A DNA stretch of 64,000 nt from the human T2T-CHM13v2.0 reference genome, Homo sapiens: assembly GCF_009914755.1 (NCBI RefSeq), contig NC_060931.1; one strand, 5' to 3'. Positions 15,842 through 28,757 of this stretch are shown here, in pieces; position 1 is the stretch's first letter; every line of letters begins with the position of its first letter. The translations under genes were made by a program, and so were the position numbers. The notes beneath the pieces were generated by a model. The model searched no databases. It was not told the DNA's origin and saw only the letters and a list, made by a program, of their open reading frames with translations.

Positions 15842-17176
15842 GTAGGTGTGGTCAAGATGTTCCGATTTCTGGGTCTTTTGCATAAGTAACTGAGGATTTT
15901 ATGTAAAATGGCTAAATCCAGGAGAATCAGGAGCGTTGGAAAACGCTGACCACATCTGTGGATGTGAAAATTGAGTAGGTATTTGGTAAGGCTTTAAAAA
16001 ATTATTTTGTACACAGGAGTATGGAAATGTCGAGGTGTGTTGCCGGAGCCGCCAAGGACTGGGAGCTTTGCTGGCGCGGGTTTGTGGGGGAGCCCAAGCT
16101 GCTATTTTTGAATAACCAGCTGATGCTGGTTGCGTAATGATGACCTGCTTGCGGTTCAAACCCACTCAGTGTTGCAGGGATGGGCTAGCTCTGAGAGCGT
16201 TAACAGTCACTGTTGCGGTCTCTCTCCATTGGCTCTAACTAGTAGGGCGTTTTCTTCCTTCTGCCAGGTCTGGGTCTACCACACACAGGGCTCTTCGAAA
16301 AGAGGGAGGAGGAGAGGAGGCGGAGGGGGGAGGAGGGGGGCGGAGGGGGATGCGGATTGCTCTGGAAGCTTGGTTTGCTTTCCTGTAAGTTCTGTGCACC
16401 CGGCCTTGTAAGGGGCCCATAGCCACGTTAGGGAAAGGTCAGACTTGGTGACCTCACTTAAAATGATTGCTCAAGGATTCTATTGTGCGTTATTAATTGT
16501 AAAACGATTTCCTCTGACTTTGGAGTGTGCAATTATGATTGATACCAACCCAAGAAACACATTTGGGGCGGGGGAGGGGTTGGGGGGGACTTGACTGAAA
16601 TCTCCGAGCAGCCAGTTGCAGAGAGCATTCTACATAATGATCGTAATAGGGCTAGTGATGAACGCCTCAATCCAGGAAACTCTCAGGCGCACATAATAAT
16701 GAGTTTCCATTCTCATCCTACCTGTTTGAGATAAATGGTATTTGAAGAGGAAGTGGCTAATGTTTAAAGTAGATATATAGAAGCATCTTTAAGTATCAGG
16801 TTGAGCCATTGGTGGAACTATTTTTTTTTTAAGCATTCTGGTTGCAAATTTCAGGATGCAGAATTCAGATCAACTTTGTCTGGTCTTGTTGTCAGTGTCC
16901 TTTTTTAAAAATGTAAAAGAAAATTTCTTTTACTTCCAAGACAACTGCACAGTCTTTCACCACCTTCCTTATCCTTTCACCGTAGTCATGAAAATGATCT
17001 AAAACATTCATTAAATATCAATCATATATTCCCAAGACAGCAAAGTGTTTTTCATCCTCATTTCTCCTATATTCTCAAGTCACAAGATGAGTTAATTTTT
17101 TTCTTCTATTTCTACGTATTTTTCTATATTCTATATATTTCTCATATATAATGCATGAATTAAGGAATAAACAGCC

Positions 17177-17648
17177 TTTTTATTTTTTTTTTTTTATTAT
17201 TTGAGACAGATCATTGCTATGTCATCCAGGCTGGAGTGCAGTGGCATGATCATGACTCACTGTGTCCTCAAACTCCTGGGCTCAAGTGATCCTTCCATGT
17301 CAGCCTCCCAAGAAACTGGGACAACACGTGTGCACCATCACACCTGGCTAATTATTATTATTATTATTTTTTGAGCCAGAATCTCTCTCTGTCACCAACA
17401 CTGGAGTGCAGTGGTGCAATCTCAGCTCACGGTAACCTCCACCTCCCAGGTTCAAGCGGTTCTTGTGCCTTAACCTCCCACATGGCTGGGACTATAGGCA
17501 TGAGCCACCATGCCCAGCTAATTTTTGTATTTTTAGGAGAGATGGGGTTTTGCCATGTTGGCCAGGCTGGTCTTGAACTCGGGCTCAAGTGATCATCCCG
17601 CCTCAGCTTCCCAAAGTGTTGGGATTACAGGTGTAAGCCACTGTGCCC
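17177..17648 (-). mobile_element. Two tandem antisense Alus (right monomer 17177-17353; full Alu 17354-17648)
   Basis: Two T/ATT-rich tails, each followed by an antisense Alu body. Confidence 0.88.
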
Positions 17649-17810
17649 CTGCTAAACTGCCTTTTTAAAAAACTTACTGTCTGCCCTTTTTAGTATAACA
17701 TTTCATTGGTTTTAGGTGATTACTAATCATTTCTTCTAATCCATGGGAATTCAAGCAGGGTTTTTAGAGAAGTACTATGTTAATTTGGAGTATTTTTCCT
17801 ATTTCTTTAG

Positions 17811-17900
17811 GCTCAGATTATTGCTACTCTGTATTCAGATCTTCATGTGTCTCTTCTAAGCTGAATAAAGCTGTTTTGGAACTGTCAGGTACCTCAAAGC
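17811..17900 (+). other. CLDN12: CLDN12 non-coding exon 2 (90 nt)
   Basis: Acceptor tttttcctatttctttag|G; donor AGC|GTAAGT. Confidence 0.8.
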
Positions 17901-18108
17901 GTAAGTACGTCCTTTAATTATATCTTATTTCCCTCCCTCCTGCTACCACATCTGCCAACAATGACTCTTTTTTTTTCTCTTGTTCAACAAAATAGAGGTA
18001 TAGGACAGACCTCTCTTGTGAGTACAATGACTGATGACTTACAGTTTCTAAGAAAACCCAAATTATAGGTAGAAGGAACTCTCAATGTTACCATCAAGAA
18101 TTAAGTTA

Positions 18109-18448
<340 letters not shown>

Positions 18449-19355
18449 CTATAACTCAGAATTGTGCCTGGAAAAAATAGTACAGGGTCTATTGGATACA
18501 TGACTTCCTAAAGCTCTTAGCCACTGTTCCTGCTCCAGCCTTCTTTAAATTCTATTCAAAACCACAGAAAATATATAATTTGAAAATATTTTTATTCGTA
18601 ATTATGTCTCTGATAACATTTAATTGTGTATCAAATTTTATCTACTTTTCTGAGTCACGGTGGAACAGAGAGTCAAATGACAAATGTGAAGTGGTTATTT
18701 GAAATAGAGTCTCTATTTGATTTGGTCAGTATCTCCAAAGAGAATGTTCTGTCCTTCTTGTTATATGACTATAACCATCTGTAGTCATTTGCTGAGGGTC
18801 CAGAAGAAAAGTATGTTTCTAGCTGAAAAAAGTAAATAAGCCTGCTAATAATCATTACTGACTTACATTTCTGACCATATTCTGGTTTACAAAGGACTTT
18901 GCTATTCATGATTTTACTACTTTGTGGGACACTTTACAGATGAAAAATTGGAGGTTCAGAGGACATAAGTGACTTGTCCAGTTTGTAAATGATAGGTTAT
19001 GAATGTTATTCAGGTCTTTGGTCTCCTGGACAACAATACCAAGCAGCCTCCTGGATGGAAACAACAAACCACTTATGTGTATGTATGACCTAGCTCAAAG
19101 CTCTCATCCAGCTAGTACTCATGACTGCTTGACAGATTTGTTAAAGTGTTCTTAGCCTTGCACGTTTTCCACAGTCCCTAATTAGGGATTTTCACATGGC
19201 AAAAAGATGTTTTTTTTTCTCCATTAAAAAAACTATATATTGTTTAGCTTTAATAAATATTAATTTGATATATTAACCACTCTTAAGAGAAGTATGTCTA
19301 ATTCATGACATACCTGTTAAGTTGAAAACAGAAAAATCAATACCGGAACAGTGGA

Positions 19356-19490
19356 CTTTTTGTTTTTGAAATGGAGTCTCGGGGTTTCACCATATTGGCC
19401 AGGCTAGTCTCAAACTCCTGACCTCGTGATCCACCCACCTCGGCCTCCCAAAGTGCTGGGATTACAGGCATGAGCCACCACGCCGCGCCA
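19356..19490 (-). mobile_element. AluS with the right monomer internally deleted
   Basis: atggagtctc is joined directly to ggggtttcaccat. Confidence 0.8.
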
Positions 19491-19809
19491 GGAATAATTG
19501 ACTTTCAAACCATTTGTTGAAGTTAGACAGTGTTGCTAAACCTAGATATATATTTCTAGAATCATAGTCTGCATGTAGGTACCTAAGGATGGCCTTGTCT
19601 TTGCTAATCACAGGTTTCTGGGGTAAGAAAATGAATGTTGTTTTGTAAAATGGGAGTCTTTTGGCCAAAAAGGAGAAAGCAGGGGCACAGTCTAGAAACA
19701 GTCTGGATGTATCAGAACACAGGGTGGTGTGAATTCTCTCAAATGAAGTGAATGGAACTGAGACTAAATTTCTGTCTGTATTCTGACCAGAGTTATACAG
19801 AACCTCCAT

Positions 19810-20370
19810 TTGTTTGTTCATTCATTCAGCAAATAATCGAGTGCCTTTTATGTGCCAGTATAGGGAACAGTGAACAAAACAAAGGGATCTCTGTCCCTGG
19901 AATTCACAGTCTGATGGGAAAGAAAACTACACTGAACAAGGAGTTATAAGAATGATCACTGCTACAGAAGAAAAAGTGCAAAAGTGCTACCACAGCATAT
20001 AACCAGGGACAGGGGGAGGTTTAGGACAAGCCTCCCTGGACACTAGAAGAATGAGTAAATATTAGCCAAGCAAAGAATAGGTTGGAATTAAGAAAGTTCT
20101 AGGAGAAAGACCATGAGGGAAGGCCCTTAACCAAATCAGAAAGTGGAAAATTTGGGAAGTCAAAAGAAATGTGGTTTGGCTGCATAGACTGTAGTGTGTG
20201 GGGTGGGAGAGTGGCACATACGAAGGTTGAGAATTTGGTAGGAATCAGGTGGTGTAAGCTATGGGGAGGAGTTGAAACTTTAGAGATTTTATTCTGTGGG
20301 AAATGGGAACTTATTGAATGGTAAGAAATGGAATGGCGGATGAGGTTTGCATTTGAAAAAAATTATTGTG
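19810..20370 (-). mobile_element. L2 fragment
   Basis: ttcattcattcagcaaataatcgagtgcc...tgtgccag...gtgaacaaaaca...tccctg. Confidence 0.65.
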
Positions 20371-20515
20371 GATTAAAACTAATTGACACAGCACAAGAGT
20401 AGAGGTCTTTTTACCCTTGCAAGTATGAACAAATCCTAATCGGGAAGTCAGCATTATCTTTGTTTTAAAACATCAAACATATTCTTTCCCCAAACTATCC
20501 TATAAAATTTTACTT

Positions 20516-20805
20516 CAGGCATGGTGGCTTACTTTTGTAATCCCAGCCCTTTGAAAGGTGGAGGTGGGGGGATTGCTTGAGCCCAAGAGTTCAAGACCAG
20601 CCTGGGCAACACAGCAAGACCCCATCTCTAGGGAAAACTTAAAAATTAGTCTGGCATGGTGGCATGCACCTGTTATCCCAGCTACTCAGGAGGCTGAGGC
20701 AGGAGGATTACTTGAGCCCAGGATCTCAGCTCACTGAAATCTAGTGAGCTGTGATCATGCCCTGCACTCCAGCTTGGGTGATAGAGTAAGACCCTGTCTT
20801 AAAAG
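20516..20805 (+). mobile_element. AluJ
   Basis: Diverged dimer. Confidence 0.85.
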
Positions 20806-21220
20806 AAATTACTTTATCTCTCTGGTGGGATATATGACTTATCAAATCATAGGCATTTGAAATTAAGAACAGGGCATACAAGGTGAAGTAGCCAAAAGAA
20901 GCTAGACATTAATTCCAGTATCAGGCCAAAATTTAGCTTAAGAATTAAGGTTAATAGTACTTCCCTTCTGAAAAAGTGCCGTGGTATCCTTGTTGACTCT
21001 GTATAGATAGGCCTCTGTCCATCCCTGAGATCTGAGCTAAGAATGCTTCATCAAAGGCAATTTCAGAGAACCAATATAATATTTGTATTGATTTGATGCA
21101 GAATATAGTTAAAAGCACTTACTACTGAAATATATATTGTCGTACCTCTCTTCATTAATGTCATTTGATAGTCTATAGGCTAAGAATTATAGGAATTTAT
21201 TTATTTTTCTTAATAATTAA

Positions 21221-21354
21221 TTTTTCTTTTTTTTGTAGAGATGGGGTCTCGCTATGTTGCCCAATCTGGTCTCAAACTCCTGGGCTCAAGCTATCCTCCC
21301 ACCGCAGCCTCCCCAAGTGCTGGAATTACAGGCATGAGCCACAGCACCTGGCCT
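21221..21354 (-). mobile_element. Alu left monomer (FLAM-like)
   Basis: gtagagatggggtctcgctatgttgccc...ctcctgggctcaag. Confidence 0.8.
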
Positions 21355-21489
21355 GGAATTTATTAATAATGGAGTTATACATCCTGATCTTGTTTCTCAC
21401 TCCATTTACATTTCAGGAATCAGTGTTACAGGGCAGTTTGATTGGAGAAATCTCAATTACATTGAAATTCCAATTATTTCTATACTACT

Positions 21490-21814
21490 TTTGTTTTTTG
21501 TTCCTGTTTGTTTGTTTGTTTGTTTGTTTTGAGACAGAGTCTCGTGCTCTGTCACCCAGACTGGAGTGCAGTGGTGTGATCTGGCTCACTGCAACCTCCA
21601 CCTCCTGGGTTCAAGCGATTCTCCTGCCTCAGCCTCTTGAGTAGCAGGGATTACAGGCACGTGCCACCATGCCTGGCTAGTTTTTGTATTTTTAGTAGAG
21701 ATGGGGTTTCACCATGTTGACCAGGCTGGTCTGAAACTCCTGACCTCAAGTGATCTACCAGCCTTGGCCTCCCAAAGTGCTGGGATTTCAGGCATGAGCC
21801 AATTCGCCCAGCCA
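21490..21814 (-). mobile_element. AluSx-like with (TTTG)n tail
   Basis: Full antisense dimer. Confidence 0.9.
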
Positions 21815-22832
21815 GTATATTACTTCTGAAAGCAAGAAGGAATTGTGATTGCATTAGGACTTTGAGTGGGTTATCTGAAGACTTCTGAAGCTTGAAAGAA
21901 ACGAGGGAACCTTTTTCCTATGTCTTCACAACTTTAATCAAATCCTTATTCTCCTTCATTTCTCAGTCTTTAACTCCTGCCTGATAAATTTTTATGAACA
22001 GGTACCTTATTCACTTTGCTTAACACCTAACAATAATCACTTGATACGTAGTAATTATACAGTTGATTCACCACCAACACTTTGAGTTTACATAAGACAG
22101 CCGTTTCTTTCCACAAGTCTCTATAAACACATTGGGAGCAAGGTCCAGTTATCAGTGGTCTTGGTGTCTTTCCAGGGCCTAACAGAGTGTTTTGCATATG
22201 CTAGACACTCAGCATGATGTAAGTACTTGCTGAATGAATGATTGCTTCTTAGTAATAGCTACTTCCTTGTACAGTTCTTCATTACCAGTGGCCCACCTTT
22301 GTGAGTTACTGGGGTCTTTGTACAGAGCCCAATACTCGTTTATTCAAATAATCCTAGAATCACTTGTGTGCCAGGCACACAAGTTGTATGGGGGAGATAG
22401 ACAGATGAATAAGCAAAGACCACCAGAGAGCTGTATCCTAGAGCTTGGCATTTCTAGTAGCTTTTTCCAGTGCAAACATTCTCAAATCTGTACTAGTTTC
22501 CATTGCTGTACTGAGGTGTTTGGTTGCCACAATTAAGCAAGACAGCTTTTTCCCAATTTGCTTGAAAAAAATACTGTAATTAGTCTCTCCCTTTCATAAA
22601 ATTTTCTTAAGAAATTGCTACTTCTGATAATACTGACAGAAGGTAACATAATAAATACTAAACTAATACTAATGGAAAAACTTAGAACTAACCATGTTTA
22701 ACTTGAGGGCTTTAAAAATGGTTACTTGTGCTTAAACTCTGATTTTTATATTGTACATTTATATATGCTATTTGTGTATATTTGAATATATGTATGTACA
22801 CATAGGCATTTTTTTGGTTAGTAAAATTATTC

Positions 22833-23312
22833 TGGCTGGGCGCAGTTGCTCATGACTATAATCCCAGCTTGTAATTTCAGCACTTTTGGAGGCCAAGGCA
22901 GCAAGATTGCTTGAGGCCAGGAGTTCGAGACCAGCCTGGCCAACATGGTGAAACCATGTCTCTAAAAGAAAGAAAAGAAGAAAGGGAATAAGAATTGTGG
23001 GGGTGGAAGGAGGAGGGCTGGTTCACACCTGTAATCTCAGTACTTTGGGAGGCTGACGCTGGTGGATTGCTTGAGCCCAGGAGTTCGAGACCAGCCTAGG
23101 CAACATGAGAAAACCCCGTCTCTACAAAAAATACAAAAATTAGCTGAACATAGTGACGTGTGCTTATGGTCCCAGCTACTCAGGAGGCTGAGGTGGGAGG
23201 ATCGCTTGAGCCTGGAAGGTCAAGGCTGCAGTGAGCCATGATTGTGTCATTGCACTCTAGCCTGGGCAACAGAGTAAGACTTGTTTCAAAAAAAAAAGAA
23301 AGAAAAAGAAAA
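22833..23312 (+). mobile_element. Alu left monomer (22833-22985) followed by AluJ (23016-23312)
   Basis: Two Alu heads, each with an A-rich tail. Confidence 0.85.
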
Positions 23313-24169
23313 AATTATTCCTATATTATATGACTAGATTAAATATACAAATAACATTGTTTTCTAAAGAACATTGTGCCCTCCCACTGGAATTCATGCA
23401 ACAATCACATTCTAAGCCAGCTTCCTAGCATTTTGGTCATAATTGTCTTTCTGATCCTGAAAGCTTGGAAACACAACTTCACCATCCCAGCAGATGTTTG
23501 ATTCTGCAAAGGTTGATGGAACTGTATTCAGAAATAAAAATTATTCTCAACCTTGCCCCTTCATCATGCTCTGAACAAAAAAGTAAACCTTACTGAAGTA
23601 GTCTGCTCTATTGCCTCATAGTAGGCATTATAGAAGGCAGAGAAAATACATTTGAGTCCTGCTTTGAGAGTGAATATCAGACCCTTGAGGAAATTAAAGC
23701 TGAATAAGATGCAAGCTTTTTATAGTTTGCCATATACAGAAAAAGAACATGGCCTTTTAATTTGGAATGAAAGGCCTGGCGACTGTTTTTCTTATAATAG
23801 CATTAATAGAAATAGGTTGTCGTTACTTGAAAAATGTTTGCATTCGTCTTATATGAACAGTAGTAGTAATAACCAACAAGTGCTGTAGATTTCCCTGAAA
23901 ATCTACATCTTGAATCAACAAGGAAGTAATTGGGTCATGTTGAATCAACAAGGAAGTAATTAAGCAGAATAATTTCAGGGACCATTGTTCTCATCTTTTC
24001 ATTTGACTGACTCATTGGAGATGAGCTCATTTACTTTTTATAATTTCCTAGTGTGCCTAGTACATAGGAATGAGATCAGTTTGTTTTTTCTTATTTAACA
24101 TTCATTCAATGAATGTTCTTTGAACTCCTGTGATGTGCCAAGCAGTGAGCTGGGTCACTGAATGCTAAG

Positions 24170-24420
24170 AAGTAGTTAACACTTGGCATAGCATTTGTTG
24201 TGTTCTAGACATGTTTTAAGCACTTGACATTATATTATCTCATTGAACCCATAGAACAACCCTGCAAGGTTGGCACTGTTATTTTTTCCATTTCACAGAT
24301 GAAGAAAACGAGGCACAGGGAAGTTCTGAATCTGGCCCAAGGTCAGTGAGCTAGTAAGTGAGGAGATGGGGATTAGAATTCAAGCAACCTTGCTAAGAGT
24401 TGACTCTCAACCATTCCCCT
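24170..24420 (-). mobile_element. MIR hosting an exonized segment
   Basis: ccatttcacagatgaagaaaacgaggcacagggaagt...ggcccaaggtcagtgagctagtaagt matches the MIR core. Confidence 0.85.
24299..24341 (+). other. CLDN12: CLDN12 alternative 5'UTR exon (43 nt, MIR-derived)
   Basis: Acceptor ttattttttccatttcacag|ATG; donor AAG|GTCAGT. Confidence 0.7.
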
Positions 24421-24944
24421 GTCCTGTACTGCTTCTTTCCCTACACCTTTGCTTTTTATGAGCCACCTTCACCCCTGCTGCATGAGCATTTGAGGCTGAA
24501 TTTGTGGTGTTTGTAGCTAACTGATGATTGATGAGTGGGCCCTTGCTGTGTGAGTGCCTGACACATACAGAGTGCTTGATGTATATGTGTTGAAAGAACG
24601 ATTATTGACAAAAAGAAGATTGAAGGTGTGATTGTAAGAGACTTTAACATTATCTTGGTTGTTTTTTTAATTGTGAAGAAAAATACCGATGGCTAAAGAT
24701 TTTAGTTGCTCTATGACCCAGTCAGTAATAACCAAATGTGTGTGCACCTGTGCTCTGAGGTCACACACACCTGCATGTATATACATTTGTACTGTACAGA
24801 GAGGAAACAAGGGAGAGACTTTCCCTCTTTGCATTGACATTTCATCATTAGATGTGTTGCCAGTTGGCACCACCCTTCCTGCTCTGTTCTGCTATTGTCC
24901 CCTCATGATTTGTCCTCTTGTGTGTCACCCCCTAGTCTGACTGA

Positions 24945-25703
<759 letters not shown>

Positions 25704-28246
25704 TGGGGAAATAGTTAATTGTTAAAGAAAACTTCTTGTAGCCTCACATTCCCCTTGTGCAAAGAGCTCTTTTGGACCTACATACATTTTCCTTTGTTTT
25801 TGACCAATCAATGAAGCCAAATTTATATGTCCTATTAGAATGAAGTGCTGCTAGTTTTTATGAGAAGTATATTATATTAAATGTGAATTTTTTAAATTTT
25901 GCTTCTTATACTGGAAGGAATTTTAGCCTTCATATTGATATCTAATTAATTATTTAAGTGGAAGAGGCCTGCATCACAATTGAGGTAATGTAGAGCAACA
26001 TGTTAAAGAATGATGGTTAGCAGAAGCTGTTGTATACAATCTTCATGAAAATTTCAGTGTGTATTTTTCTTTTTCTATAATACCTTTAACTGCAAAGAAA
26101 AGGCAGTTTCAAATATAAGAAATTTATTTCAGGTAAGGGTAATATTTTAATAGTAGTCAGTAATCTAGCTTAAGGCTGTAACTCTTCTATCGGGGCTAAT
26201 TGTATGAATAGGTGTCAGTATGTTGAAGATTACTTTCTTTTGTGACTTTCTTCTACCTCATGCCACTGTTTAAAAGTAAAATGTATTTTAATGATGTTAG
26301 AATAAGACTACCATTCTAAATATCACCTACTTATGAATAACATGTAATAATTTTTAACATTAATGATTCCATAAATTGTATTATTGGGATTAGAATGTGC
26401 TTTATGACAGGTTAGTGTTTCCTCTGAGGCAGAAAACTCTTTTTTGGAGATATCTTCCATCAAGCAGTACTCGTGCCCATATACAATCTCTTAGTGGCTA
26501 GGAGAAATAAATAAAAGGGCCATAATGGTTTGTTCTCTTTCAGACATAATTTAGTAGGGGACAAGAAGTCTGTTCTTCAGTGAGTACACTAGAGATTTAC
26601 TCTGGTGACTGCCTTTTGAGTTATGGGTGAAGTAAGGTATGGCTTTACCATAACCTTGATTCATTCACCCTTGATTCATTTCTCGCCCCCGTCACTGATT
26701 ATTTCCTTGAGCATATATCTCTGCCTAACACTTTAGTAGGTGCTATAGAGGATACATGAAAAGTATGAGATCTGGTTCCATCCAGTAAGACATTTTAATA
26801 GAGAAGATCAAAATGTTACCTGGCAGTTGGGGAATAATCTGACTTCGTTGGCAGTTGGCCTTAACTTCTTAATCATTGATCCAGGAATATTTCAACCAGA
26901 GACACAACTTTCTGGCAGACAGACAAATTGTACAACACCAACAATATCCTGGACCTTGAAATTCTGTTTACTTCAGTCCATTGTATCCTTTAAGGCACCT
27001 GTGCTAGCCTAGATTTTGTAATAACACTGATTTATGAGAATGGACAAAAGTGGTAGGGAAATTGTTCCCTCTCCACTTCTGAAAGTATGATGATGTATTA
27101 AGGATGGAGGAGTTATTAAAAATGTCTCTTCTGATGAGGTAACAATTAGATGAAACCATGTTAAAGCTGAGATGAACACTTAGAAATTCAGGGATATTGG
27201 GTCTTTAGCCTTATGAATTTGAGCTGCTTATTTAATTGGTGTAATTTACTACATATTAGTACTATATTCGTAAGGATTTTTTATTAACCATTACAGATTT
27301 TACAAACAGCTAGTTATATGGTAAACAGATTATTATGCCTTTTTGCAATTCTGAATATGATTCTAGTATTTGTGTAGATGTATTTGGTACTTTTTCCCCT
27401 AATTCCAACACTAGTTTATATATATAGCGAATAAATCTAGTTGTATAAATTTTTAAATGCCGTCAGTAGAAAGCACACAAGGTTATGATTTTTTTAATTA
27501 CTGGCTTCTGATTTCTTTCACTTCTGATCCTTTTCCTTTTTCTCAGATGTAGCTGAGTCTTGATCATTTTAAGACAACGATGGGTAGAATTTTGAGATTA
27601 ATGTTAATTTTCCCTTTTTGTTAATTTCAGTCCCCTCTCACTATGCTTTTGTCCAGAAGGATCAAGAATTCTACCATCCCTTGGGTCTTTGTGTATAAAC
27701 AATGTTAAATAAAGGTAGACTCAGTCTTTAAGATATTAGACAGTTTTTTTAGTCCATGGGATTGTAAATATAAACATTAACTTTCCTATAAGAATATTTT
27801 GGCTTTGTAATCTATAGCCTCAAATTGGTATTTATTATGGATTCACTAGACAAACAGCTGTTTCCTTATTGTCTTTTTTCTTTAGTGTTTCTGATTTGCT
27901 ATCAGTAGCTGTTTTTAAAGCCGTCCAAGGAAAATAATTATTTACAGTTTTTGAAGTCACTTTTGAGCCCTCATCAAGCTCTCATTGTGATGGGAGGGAT
28001 ACCTTTTTGTTGTTAAAAGCCTATTATTGTTAAAGGCCTTTTATGGAAACCAACTTGGAAAACAACCTTAAATGTGGATGTATCAGATTTGGTTTATCCA
28101 GCCATGGGAGAGAAAACAAACCTAAGTTTACTTTACTTGTACATATACACTACAATGGATAGTATATTTGCTGTAAACTACAATGTAAAACCTCAATAAA
28201 AGTGCGCTGTACTTCTTAATGTTTATTAAAAGATGTATTTTTACAA
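25704..28246 (+). other. CLDN12: CLDN12 3'UTR
   Basis: AT-rich stretch with no Alu or L1, from the stop codon to the paired poly(A) signals. Confidence 0.8.
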
Positions 28247-28265
28247 GTTTCTGCTTCTGTTTTTT
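28195..28265 (+). terminator. CLDN12: Distal polyadenylation site
   Basis: AATAAA at 28195 and ATTAAA at 28225, upstream TGTA motifs, downstream GT/T-rich tract. Confidence 0.8.
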
Positions 28266-28367
28266 TCCTCAGTGTTTTAAGGTGAAATATTTTGAGAAAT
28301 GTTTCTCAGATATATGTAAATTGAAAAAGACAGTTCCATTTAAAGCTCTAAAACGTGTGAACTGGAA

Positions 28368-28757
<390 letters not shown>

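Larger units (their letters stand above)
15560..16400 (+). promoter_or_regulatory. CLDN12: CLDN12 GC/CpG-enriched promoter region
   Basis: The only non-repeat CpG-rich stretch in the window; TATA-less; ETS site acttcctgg at 15761; ends exon 1 with a good splice donor. Confidence 0.8.

Noticed and set aside
15442-16426. Several 60-106 aa ORFs over the promoter
   Set aside because: Expected in GC-rich sequence; they cross the splice donor and have no family features
18930-19000. Second intronic MIR core with ttacag|ATG
   Set aside because: Poor polypyrimidine tract and no donor at the equivalent position, unlike 24299-24341
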